Shown here: positions 50,369-62,589 of the stretch, in pieces
Layout: every line of letters begins with the position of its first letter
Position numbering within the stretch: the stretch's first letter is position 1
Source of the DNA: Utricularia gibba
Lineage: Eukaryota > Plantae > Magnoliophyta
DNA: 64,000 nt
Direction: 5' to 3'
Assembly: GCA_002189035.1 (NCBI GenBank)
Contig: CM007989.1
Span: 1,364,001-1,428,000 of the forward strand
Notes under the pieces: generated by a model
The model's database searches: none
Told to the model about the DNA's origin: nothing
Seen by the model: only the letters and a program-made list of their open reading frames with translations
Program-made: the position numbers and the translations under genes

Positions 50369-52366
50369 GGGCATGTAATGCCTTCACCTTGTAACTCATC
50401 TTCGTTTATACAGTTAATTTTTGTGCATTTACTTTCTTGTGCTCTATTTTTTTTGTATGCATTCTGCACCGAAAAGACAGCGGTTCTTGGTTTCCCACTC
50501 TCGCCAACAGTAGCATGTAATAAGAAATTTGTATGACGTAATCATGATTAAGCGCATTCTAATTAAATTTTGTACTAAGCACCATTACGTGCGTAAGGCA
50601 TAATCGGAAAAGCTAGCCTCTAAACGTGATACTCGTCTCCCATGTACGGACAGTGATGTGTCCGAGAAGTTGGTGGAAAAATTACTGCGAAAAGTTACTT
50701 TCAACCGTAGAAATTTTTTAACTGATTTTGCCGTCTTTTTATTTTTTATTTTCTGGTAATTCGGTTCCGCTGTCTTGTTCACAAAGAGATGGGCGCAGCG
50801 TTGCGGGCCGTTGAGTGGTCATAAGTATCAAGTGCGAATGTGCGGGCTCGGTCCAGTAGTTTAATTGAGCCCAGTGAAACACATAAATTGGGCCTTGTCC
50901 GTTACGGCCTACTAACGTTACAATATAATAATAAAAACCAAGTACTTTAAAAGAATATAATTTAAATTTTAATCCAATATAATTGTTATACATTAAAAAA
51001 GAAAATGGGAAACTTGTCATTTACCCTAAATAAACACAAATTTTTCAATTTTTAATATCTTTTTTCAAATGTTTAACATATTTAAAACCAATTATATAAT
51101 AAATATGTTTTTGAAGTTGTTTGATTTTTATTTTTGTACTAATTAAAATTATATCTCTAGTATTTGTAAAATTTCAAAGAAATATAAATTCTCATTTTAA
51201 TCAAAATAAAAACGAAAATGGGTTGGTACTTGTAAAGTTTAGGACAATATGAATCTGTCATAAATTTGTAAAAGGAGAAATAATTCGATTTAATGATGAG
51301 ATAGAGACGTGCCTCCTAGTTGATATAATAATAATAATTAATATTATTATGAAAAAAACGGATTCGAAAACGCTAATAGTTATTTAAAAAATAAATAAAT
51401 GACATCTAAGAAGTAGCTTCTACAGTCCATTTGGTAACTTACGTTTTTAACCTCGTCCCTCTTTTAAGGAGGTTTGGAAATCAAGTGTGTCTGAACATGT
51501 TTGCTTGGATTAAATACTTTCTCCAGCCTTGCCGACAACCCTTTTTTCTATTATTCAAGAAAAAAAAAAGAAATTGGACCACTTTGTTTTTTTAAAGATA
51601 ATGTACTATAATAATAATATATAATAAACCCGAGACATGTCCGGATGCAATGAAGAGTCGACACGAGGATTTAATGTGCTGGGGATTTAAATGAAGTGGG
51701 ACAATCGGAAGCCAATGGCAACACGTGCACGGTTGCGCCACGACACATCCTAGCCGTCCGTTACCAATTATTAAATAAATATTATGTTAAAAAATCCTTT
51801 CCATAGTTATTCCAGTAATATTAAATTGTGGACAGGGCAGAGGGCACCCCATGTGGGTGTGGGTGTGGGTGTGTGTGTGTCAACACCCTTATTTTTATAT
51901 TGTAAAATATATCCTTTTTAAAAATAGTTATAAAAGTGATCGTAATTATTATTTAAAATCAAATGAATAATAAATATTTCAAATAATTTAAATTGACATA
52001 AGTATATAAATTAAAAAATAAAAGTAATTAGTAAAACTTTGTTATTTTTGGGTGTTTCCATTTAAGTACTTTCTTGTTTAAGAAATTGAAATGGTACGGG
52101 TCCCACAACTGGAAAAATATTAAAATAATCAAGATCTTTTTGGACAGTCAAAATTTTGTCACGGACAACGGATGTTGCCCACATAATTATATTCCGTTAG
52201 GTGATTTATTCTCTTCATAAAATAAATGTTGAAATATTAAATTCCGAAAACCAAAAAAAAAGTATGTGAATTTTCTTTTTGGCATTTTATGTTCCTCAAT
52301 GTAAATATTTACACATTTACCCCATATAAACCCGAAATACAACTTTTTACCATGGACATCAACACC

Positions 52367-55300
52367 CTACACCAAGATGCTCTTGGGCAACCAATCGGCG
52401 TTGCCCTTCATCTTCCCTCGGTTGCAACAATCCGATTCCACCACAAGGCGGACTACCGTGCTGCTCCGATCAGCGATCGGCGGTAGCTGCGACTTGAGCT
52501 CTTCGAAGCTCGGCTTGACGACGCTGTCGATCCATTTGTCTAGACTTGTTCTGTCATGCCATATCCCACCGAGGATCTTCTCTAGCACATCATCTCCGAT
52601 TTCGATCGACAGCTTCTCGTCCATTACCGTAGAGAACTCCACGGATATCCTCCGCCTGATCTCGCGTCGAACAGATGCGGATTCCACCGGCTTGAATACG
52701 ATTGATTCATCCATATGTTTGGCTAACTCTTGTGGCACGGATGTGATGAAATGCGCTTCTGGAGGGTCGGGTTCATCGTCTTGATCGACTGTTACTTCAC
52801 TGGAGTTGAAAGACCCATCTGTTCTGTCATCCTCTGTGCAAGAACCTGCTGCAAGATTGAGATCCAACAGGATGCTCGCCTCCGTCCCCATCCCCGTTTC
52901 TTTTCTTCGCGTTTGTGGCCTCTCCTCGTCTAGCGTCCAGCTTGGTCTCCGTTTGGCTCCCTTGTCTCTCAAAATTAGTCCCAACTGCCAACTCCCACCG
53001 GCCACTGTGGCTAATCTTTTCTCATCAACAAATTGGCCTCCTCGCAGGGCTTCTTGGTCCAATGTCGACCAGTCGCCGGTGACGATGACGATGGCATTTC
53101 CGAGGCCAACTTCACGGCCATGAGAGTCCACAAGCCTGCCCCGTTCCGTTGCTCGTTTGATGCTCCCACGAACCAGTATGTCCGCTTCGTCTATGTCCTC
53201 TAGCATGATCACTGAAAAGGGATTCTTTCGAACCGCCTCTGCTATACGATCGATCGCCGTCTTCCCACGAAAATTGGTCTCAATTTCCTCCTCATCTCTT
53301 CTCTTGCCAAGAGATATCACAATGGGGCTCGTCCCACAAATCTGCTGTGACACGACTGACGCCATCTTCTTCTTGCCAACTCGTTCTGGGCCCGTGAAGA
53401 GGAGCCACGCATCACCTCGTGAAACGCCTCCCTGTATCTTTTCACTCTGCCCGAATCTGAACCGCGTGATCGCGGATGCGACTGCTGTGGCAGCTTGCGG
53501 TTGCCACCATGCATTCTCCATTAGCTTTTTGTGCAGTTTCTTGTAAGCCTCTGCATCCAAGTCATTGACAAACTTACCCAGATGCTTGGTTTGCGATTCA
53601 GAGGAGATGCAGCCCAAGAAATCTGCCGTGCAATCTTCGCCACGGCTGTCATTTACGACACTGGAGCTTTTCCTTCCCAGAGCAAGCTCTGTTCCCACAG
53701 GACACTCAGCAGGGCTACTGAAGGGACTCACATTCAACTGCGGAGCTCCACCAAGCGGCCTTGCTTCCGGCTTCATCTGGAAAGGTGAACTTAGAAGCAA
53801 GTTTGGACTCCAGGATCCCTTCGTGGACGGAGCAGGAAGGCTGGTCTTATGCATGCCTGAATTTCTGTGGAAGTCAGGATGAAGATGCAAACATGTGTCC
53901 CTCCATCTCTTCTGCAAATCCTGAACCTTTTGATTCCACACCAACTCCTGATGTTTACCCTGAGAAGAATGTAAAAGCAGTACTCTGTTTAACATATACA
54001 CAGCAACAGCTTCAATGTTCATAATTGAATCATACCCCCATTGCATCCATTGATTTGGCATCAAATGTAGCAGATTTCAGCCACTGTGGTAGTGTTGGCC
54101 TCGACGACGCCTCTTCTCTTGATTCGAAAATGGACTTTTCATGTTCCTTTAGCTTCTTAATTTCCTTTTCGTAGCTTTCAGTGCACTGAGGGCAAAAATT
54201 GGATCTTTGAGTTTTAGGATGCCCATTTCCCCAAGCAGGCATCGTTGGAGTGGTCTTCAACGAGTTCAGAGACTCCAATGGACTGCTCACTGGTGTTGCA
54301 AGCCTTTGAAACAAACAGTCAGAAAACAGCAGAGGATCAACACAAGTTCAGAGATATTGCTACTTTGTGGGATGATACTTGGCGAATTTGAACAAAAACA
54401 GGTGCTACCTTGAGAACGTTAATTGACGAGGCGATCTGGAAGCAATAGGAACAGGTTGCAAATCCCAGTCAGCTTCCATGGTGGAATGATGAACTTGGCA
54501 TCTCAAATAAGTTTCACAAGTTGCAGTGGCGATGAGCCAAACACCGTTGCCGCCCTGATCTCCACCGCTGAACTTTTTGAGTAGTTTTGTCAATTCTGCC
54601 ACCGCCGCCTTTCCTGTTTCCGATGCCACCTGCTGTGTCGGCACCGTGGCTCCGGGAGGATGGTCCACAAACAACTTGAGATCACCCAAATCAAGAATCA
54701 CACTTCCAGATTTGAGCTTACTCTCAATTGAACCTCCAAGTTCTGCAATCTTGTTTGCCAGCTGATTATTGTCAAATGGAAGCTCTTTCTCTAAAGATAG
54801 CACCTGAAGATTTCTGAAAACCCCCCAATTGCTTCCTGTTCTTTGTCCGAAATTTTTCTCAGTATCTCTTTCACCACAATCTCAGGCTCTGAATCCCCAA
54901 CCAACACGGGGTTCTTTTTCTTGATTCTTCCCATTATCTCCAACACCTTTTTCACATCTTCCCCTTGTTGATTCTTGATCATTCCAGAGACCCCTTGTTG
55001 CAGCCGTGGGTTGAGATACATATTCCGATTGGGTACGGCTGTAACCATCGTCGGCGGCGACAATAACTGAATCGGGTTGGGGATAACTCGCGGTGGTCCA
55101 ATTCCCGCAAAAGCGTCATTTCCACCGGCCAAATGATGCTGATGGTGGTGCGTGTTGGCACTTGAATTATTCAACGATTGCTCGATGCTGGCTTTCACGG
55201 CTGGGCTCGAAAAACTGGCTTCTCTCATCACACGGCTGACGCTGGGATCATCAAGAATCGAAATAATCAGCTGTTCAAGCTCCACTTTGACAGCTAAAAG

Positions 55301-55675
55301 AGGCTGCTGCTGCTGCTCCGGGCACCCACGTCGCTGATGCGCCTGCGCCCGTTTCAAAGCCGCCATAAGCGCGTTTGATATAGGAGGCTCTGCCGTCGTC
55401 GCCGCCGCGTTCTGGGCTGTCGGCAGTCGGTCAAGAGCTACACTAAAACAGAGCTCCAAAGCGCGGCACTGAAGTGGATGACTCGAATTCGGATGGGAAC
55501 GGATACAGGCCTGCCGTAAATACCCCGTCGGCGAAGCCAACAAGGTGGCCGCCACATGTAACGGCGTCGTCTGACCATGATTCCGCCGGCCAGCCTCCGC
55601 GATTGATTGATTCAAAACAGCCGCAGCTTCCTCAGTCAAGGTCTGCTGAACAGTGCTCAAACTCCCAGCTCTCAT
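52367..55675 (-). CDS. SMAX1: SUPPRESSOR OF MAX2 1-like ClpB-type repressor of karrikin/KAI2 signalling (one apparent frameshift at about 54821)
   Basis: [46 protein letters not shown]...[54 protein letters not shown], degron motif FRGKT, EAR-like LDLN, WLPKSI end. Confidence 0.93.
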
Positions 55676-56422
55676 ATCCCTCAAATGGATTCCCGACACT
55701 GAAATCAGCAACCGTAGAACCAATCCGAAATTAAAAAAAAAAAGTCAAACAAAAAATCCCAACCTCCGCAAGAACGCAACACCAGATTCCGATTCAACTC
55801 CGACTCTCAACCAGGGCGCGATTTTTAACCTAAATTCCCACTGTTGTTCAACAATCAACACAGAAACCCCTCCCCAAACCTTTTCAGAAATGCCCACTTT
55901 TCTTCTCTCTTATGATTCAGCCTCCAGATGTATCCGACCAAAAAGCTGAACCCGAAAAAATCAGCACACGCTCTGCTGCTACTGCTTCTTCAAGTCTTCA
56001 CAAACAATCCCTTTACTTTCTCTCTCAAGAAACCACTCCACTTCTCCCTCCCTCCCTCTGCACCCTACGAGGAGATAGATGATGACATCAAAACAAATGA
56101 AGGTAAATACAAAACGATGCATTTTCTTTTCATTTATAAATAATAAAAAAACCAAGTGAATTAAAGAGACGGTGATAGGCATTGGCTTCATTAATTTCTA
56201 CTTTTACTTTACCTAATTTACCGAAGCTTTTTAACTATACTTCTACCTAACACCTAACATGCTACGCCACCGCTCCTCCACTCAACATCACCTCAAAAAT
56301 TCTATTTTAAGTATTTTATTTCATAAATCTCAAATCTTATGTTATAAAATTCATCATTTTCAATACTAAATTTTTGTCGAAAAAGACTCTTACAAGACAC
56401 GAACCGCTTTGAGATAATTCTT

Positions 56423-56442
56423 CACGTGGGAATTGACACGTG
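56423..56442. promoter_or_regulatory. Two closely spaced G-boxes upstream of SMAX1
   Basis: CACGTG at 56423-56428 and 56437-56442, about 750 bp upstream of the SMAX1 ATG. Confidence 0.45.
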
Positions 56443-56803
56443 CACAATTACCCAGGTTCACCCATGCCCCGGCTATTGAGGGGGGTTTCCACGCCGCACC
56501 GTGTCCGCCACCGGACACGTAAACTTTCCTTTTTCACCACCCAATAATATAAACACGTTTTTTACAATATTAGCTATTTTTAGCTCGAACCTATTTTTCT
56601 GCTAAATTTCGTTATTATAGTAAATTTTCAATAATTTACAGTTCGGGACACAAACTGCCCCGGTTGAGCAGTCAACGACACTGCCATCGAAGGCCAGTTG
56701 TATTATTATATGTTTAGTGCGAATAGTTTTATATTGTAATTGGCTGCAAATAATTGTTTCCGCGAGGCAGCATGTGGGTCAATGGAGTTTATTCTTCTGA
56801 CCC

Positions 56804-56822
56804 GGGGGGGGGGGGGGGGGGG
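56804..56822 (+). repeat. G19 homopolymer
   Basis: Read directly. True length uncertain given the homopolymer errors. Confidence 0.85.
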
Positions 56823-58900
56823 TCTTGTTTTTTTTACCGCAGTGAAAAGGCATGTAACTGGGTGTCGGTGAAAGTAAATTACCTCCCATTCCATTCCATG
56901 CCACACGTAGAGCTTCTAGAATTGATTTGTCCGAAAGCCAGAGTGGGTGTCGGTATATCTGCAGCATCCCACTTGCGTGCTATTACTACTGCGATTTAAT
57001 GAAAATGAAATAAAGTAAAAAGACGTTTTTATACCAAGTGGGTCGGGTAATATAAATAAGATGGACGTTGATTCATGGACAAAGGTATTTTTGGTTTTCC
57101 TTCATTTTAATTTCTAATTTTTAACTACATTATTTATAATACCGTTGAAAAATGAATTACGTTTATTGAAGTAGTAGTATACTTGAAAAATTATTTATGC
57201 TTATTTAATATTTCAAATTGAGAATCACCAATTCATTGTCATGCACGGAGTACGGCAAACCCACACCCCGGATTCGCAAGTATATTGTTTTTTATTTTTA
57301 ATTTAATATTTTAATCAATAGTTTTAATAATAAATATTTATTTAATTAATTAACTAATAAAAAATTAACTCATTTATTTGATTTTTTCATATTTTTATTT
57401 ATCTTATTATATATCAATAATCATTGTTTTCTATCATTCAAAGTCGGATGATCGTTCTTCATCAGTCATTACTTTTTTTTGTATGAATTTTTAATTTTTT
57501 ATGTTTTATTTGATTTTATTTTTTATAGAATTTTGAACAATAAAATTTCAATTTTTATTACTTTTTAACTAATATTTTTTAAAAATAATTTAAATATTAT
57601 AAATTAAAATTACTTTGACGTATCCATAATTTTTAAATGGATGTAAAGGAATCCATGCACTCCATACCTATATATCCTATATTTAAAATCAAATACGTGT
57701 TTTTTTTTCTAAAGTCAAAATAATCCAAGCTGAATTACAGTAGGCAGCAGTGGAGGGACAAGAGACAGGTTGTGTCACGCGGGCGACCTCGAGAACCTTC
57801 CAGAGAGCCGTGTTTGGGTTTTAGGGTTCCAACTTTTTCCCATGCGCCTGCCCATAACAACCAGAATCTCGTCTCCTCTCTGCCATCGCACGCATAATTG
57901 CCCTTCCTTTAACCCCAAGGACACGGACACGCCACGCGACTCGCCGCGGACCCGCCTCTTTTCTAACCTCCAGCCACCGCCACTCAAACTGAATACCTCC
58001 AAATTTTATTACACGATTCATTTGTTAATATTGCATTTAATTAATCATATATAAAATTATATTTGGCAAATAGGTATGTATTTAAAATAGATCGAACCCA
58101 AAAAAATAATAATAATTCGTCTACAAATGTTATACGAAAATCATGTACGTATTTTATACCATACATGCACACATATGTACGATAAGATGGCGATAGTGGG
58201 AGAATTTTAATTACTGGGGTGGGTGACTTTCGTAAGATTCGCGACTTTATGCAAAATGAAATGCGCTTTCTCTTTAAAAGTAGGACATCGCATCATCATC
58301 ATCATCTCTTCCATTTCGCCTTTCCCGCAAGCACGCTTTCTCTTGTCTTTTTGGTCTTGCCCATACCCCTGCCCTGTCCTGCCCCGCAATTATTTTTATT
58401 CTTTTTTCAACTTTTTTATTCATTAAAATATTTTAAACCGCATGCGCAATAAATCATCCACTTGAATGAAGTGGTTGATGAGATTGAAGATAAAAATGCC
58501 TGTTTGTATTTATACAGCGGTTGTAAGTGTCCCTTGCTCTTCAATGCTGTGGTTCTGTGGGGTGTTGTCACGTGTGTCATTCTTGGGCCTAATGAATTGT
58601 TCGTGACGGCCCAAGACTTGATCTCTCCTTCATCTGCTCTCCCTGCCCACGTGTGTATGTATTTCTGTTTCCTTCAGCTCATCAAGGAGCTCAACATTGA
58701 GGAGGAAAAGAGGGCATCAAATCAAATATTTTCGTATTTGCTCAACACTTTTTGACACGTGTGGGCGGGATGGGATTTGGATACTGCAGGCCCAAAGAGG
58801 ATTGAAGTTGGGCCGACACTACGGCCCAACAAGAGGACGTGTGCGTACGGCCATGTCAAGAAAAGAGCCTTGAAAAGCGGAATCTTGGCGCTGGACTGCA

Positions 58901-60777
58901 TCAAGCAGGACGAAACACAACGTGCTGAAAGAGAGGGGGAATGCGTGAGAAATTATGGGCCAATGTGAGCAAAGTGGAGGACTGGAGGAGGGTGTTGGAG
59001 AAACCTTGATCTGTGTCCTGTTGTAGGTGTACGTGATGTGGACCAAGCCATCGGAGTCCTGGACGACTGCTGGGTATGAGAACTCCATGCCAGAGGTCTC
59101 CTCCAGCGTGGCGACATCGTCCCAGGAGTCGCCATCATCCGAGGAAACCGCCACCTTCAGCACACCACGGGAGATGGTGTTGTATGCCAGCACAAGACGC
59201 CCGTCGCCCAGCTTCACTCCATCAATCCCTGTTGCATTGGGATGGTTTACACGTTTGCTAGCTGTGGGAAATGTATGGACATTGCTCATGAGAACCTGAA
59301 TTTGGATTAGGGAGTGCAGTGGGAGTGGCGTAGCCCCAGGAGTGGCCACCATCAAAGGATTCAGAGATGCAAACCCTGTCGATTCCGGAGAAGGATCGCA
59401 AGAGAACACGAAGACTCCCGGATGCTGTTTTGAAAGGAACAGGCTGAATCACGCTCAGGGGCTGGTTCTCTATCTGTATGGGTCCATATTTCCTCCAAGA
59501 CCTTCCCAAATCTTGAGTAACCTGTTGAGAAATTCACAGAACTTGTAACAACGGATAGCAGGATTGGAGGTTGAGAATGCTGTATGAGTAACCTCCATCC
59601 ATGCACCCCAAGAGTTCCAGCTTTCGACGGAGGATCCGCATAGCAAGGTGTCCTTTTCGATCAACAGAGGCTGCAGTTGAACAGATGAGACAGTATAGTA
59701 ATAATGTAACAGATACATGGGTGCGAGCAAATGCTCACACACCTTGTTCTTTATGGGTCCTAATATGCCTGGAGGAAGCTGTTCTCTAGCTGACCAACTC
59801 ACTCCACCATCAAGAGAGCGTTTCATAAATCCACTCCATCTACAAGAATGAAGCTTCATGGACTCTGAATCTTGTCTGATTTACAAAGAAAAAAAGATAA
59901 ATGAATCTTACTTTTGAACCTCTTGTCCAATTCTGTAGAACAGCAGCAACTCTTTGTTAGGGTGTTTAAATAACACAGGATTCCACATTGGAACACCGGG
60001 TTGCTCATCAGCAACAACAGGTGGCTGCCACTGGCCATCCTGCAATTCGTCTGGGTGAGTATGAGCGCCAACAAGAGCACATTCTGTTAAAAGGATGGTA
60101 TATGAGAGCTCACCTTGTATGTCTGAATCCAAATTTTAACATCAGGAGCACCTTCTGCTGAACCACCAAAATAAGAAACCATGAAATGATCTTTACCCAC
60201 CTTCAACAAACAAGAAAATATCCAGATTCAAGCAGAGAACAATAAGGTTGTTCATTGAAGCGAAATGCTGAAAATGTCAGTGCTCATAAGATACCTCTAC
60301 AAAAGTAGAAGCATGGCAGCTCTTGAAAGGGACAGCACCTGCAGAAAATGTGTATTCTTCCAGAAGAGGCAACCAAGAGGATATGACCCTTTTCATATTT
60401 GGAAGCTTTGATGCCTTTTCCTTTATACTCTTCAATTCACTGCACTCGATGCCAATAAGCAATTAAATACAAGGGAAAGAAAAGAAACACCGGACACGAC
60501 GTCTCCTTGAAAAAGGAAACCACTCCTTGAGAAATCATCCAAGAAACATAAATAAGAACAAGATATTTGTCCCTTAGGTACACTATACCCAACGCGGCTA
60601 TGCTTACCTGGAGGACAAGAAACGGGGGAAGGGAACTAAAGTTCCATTATTGGGTTTCAAGTCTCTATCTTTGAGCAACAAACTAGAGGTTCCAAAAAGT
60701 GAAAACGAGGAGTGTGGAAGCGCGATGAACAACACTAAAAACAAGACAGGAAAAACCCCGAAACCCCACTTCTCCAT
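58901..60777 (-). CDS. BNR/Asp-box repeat sialidase-like beta-propeller protein with N-terminal signal/anchor
   Basis: [29 protein letters not shown], Asp boxes [33 protein letters not shown]|[20 protein letters not shown]. Confidence 0.92.
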
Positions 60778-62296
60778 TTGATGAAAACAGTGCGCAATCC
60801 ACGCATGCGATCTCTGCAATGAAACTCTACCGCACGAAACGCAACTTGAAAATGTGCAACCACTTCCACAATTTGAGGTTTTCAATCAAGAATGCATCAA
60901 TTACAACGCTGAACAACACAACCAATGCGAGTAAAGAAATTCAAGAAAACGAATTTTACCAGTCAGAATAACACAGGACGTAAGGATGGCTCTGTGCTGG
61001 TCTCTTCCTTCAACATCGAGTTGCATTCCACTACTGGCTTCTGCGCACAGGAACCATCTTGAGATGAAGTCGACAACACAGAGATCTTGCACCCCCATGT
61101 AAACAAAAATTGTTGGGTCGATCTCCATTGTTCCAAAAGAGCTATTGAGGCTTGAGCAGGTTATTCTCCGCCCATGCCCATCCAATGATATGGGCGCGTC
61201 CAAACAATACGATATTAGAACTGGGCTAATACTTTCGGACAATTTCCAAAGATTCCAGGCCGCAACAACGGCCTGGCCCCAATCTCCATCCTCACCCAAT
61301 TCCTAATTTTTATTACTCATCATCTACATTCATTTTTTGTGTTTAGTCCTCGAACTTACTGAAAACATCCATTTGCTCCCCCAACCGGTTGTAACACATA
61401 ATCAGTATTACTCTCCCGCTAAGACGGACATGTGATAACGCAAACTCGAGTCGTCATTAAAATAACCTCATTACATAAACATTGATTTTGAAACTCGATG
61501 TGGGATATTGAACTTATCCAAAACTCCAACAATAAGAAAACACAATGTGTTCTAATACCTAACCTGTGCAAGGCTCGTCCATTCATGGTGCAAAAACCAA
61601 CTCATAGATAGGAATGTGTTGTGTGGACATATGCGGTAACCGTACATCCACAGATGGAACAACAGGGCCAAGCCAAAACCGCAACTTGTTTCTTGATCTC
61701 TCTTTGTACTACCAGTGGGTATGGGTATGGGAGTACAGATATGGTAGTACAGGCGTACTGGCTACAAACTCGACTGCACGCAAATGAAGAGCCAGATTTC
61801 CATTTCCCATCTACTCGAATGCCTGGATTTCTATGAACGCTGCAAGAAAAGACAGTCTCTGAGGATTGGTAAAGAATGAACGCACTACGATCACCACGGT
61901 TGCACGGTTCATTTAAACAAATAGTCACCCATGCATTCTTTCTTTCTTTCTCCGAATGCCCAGATTTTACCCCATTCTGTGAAACGTGCGTGCTTACAAG
62001 AATCCAAGTAAATCGAAGAAGAAGCCCTAGACTCGGAGTCCAACACCCATTATTTAAAAGCCACTGTCCTAACGAATTGAATGATGGGAGATGGAGAACT
62101 TGTCCGCACAAACACGGAAACATCACCCCTCGCCCATGAAAAAGATGACACAGATGCGCACAAATGTTTCCACTTTTACCCACACACTAAAATAAAAAAA
62201 GATTTTGCTTGGATTCATTACCGCTTGCTTTCCCTTCTTGTGGGAGGGAGGGAGGGAGGGAAACCCTCATCCTCCTCCTCTGCCCTAAAAATAAAA

Positions 62297-62300
<4 letters not shown>

Positions 62301-62332
<32 letters not shown>
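62301..62332. repeat. (AT)16 microsatellite
   Basis: Read directly. Confidence 0.9.
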
Positions 62333-62336
<4 letters not shown>

Positions 62337-62589
62337 GTATTATTGTTTTTTGGACATGTTTAAATGTAATAAATTATATTACAAGTCGGGTAAAGGCCGG
62401 CCAATTGGAACTACATTTAGGAGGTGGAGAAACGACAGGCGGGTCTAGATGGAATTTACATTTTTCTCCCCGAAGAAAAAGTGCACAAAGTAAATATGAT
62501 GAAAATTGAGAGCAACCTAATTAAAAAAAAATTACTACGAAATTACGATGGGACGACCCGGGACGGGACCCAGATCCGAAGCACCAAAA

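Larger units (their letters stand above)
50060..50520 (+). ncRNA. TAS3: TAS3 trans-acting siRNA precursor, short type with a single tasiR-ARF (boundaries approximate)
   Basis: 5' miR390 site GGTGCTATCCTCATTGAGCTT (50190-50210), tasiARF TTCTTGACCTTGCAAGACTTT (50232-50252), 3' miR390 site TCGTCTATTCCTTCTGAGCTT (50348-50368), in the canonical order. Confidence 0.95.

Noticed and set aside
58581-58617. Inverted repeat TCTTGGGCC...GGCCCAAGA
   Set aside because: Short; explained by two opposed site II motifs; no miRNA similarity.
61391-61512. Perfect snRNA-promoter USE motif ATCCCACATCG on the minus strand (about 61496-61506)
   Set aside because: No good TATA at the Pol II or Pol III spacing and no recognisable U snRNA, 7SL, MRP or telomerase RNA downstream. 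The motif sits in an (T)CAATATCCCACATCG...TGTTACA segment that looks like a short LTR/TRIM relic. An Rfam scan would settle it.
61602-62183. 193-codon Cys-rich minus-strand frame between COL and BNR
   Set aside because: No recognisable domain, signal peptide or cysteine-spacing pattern; cannot be supported without expression or homology.
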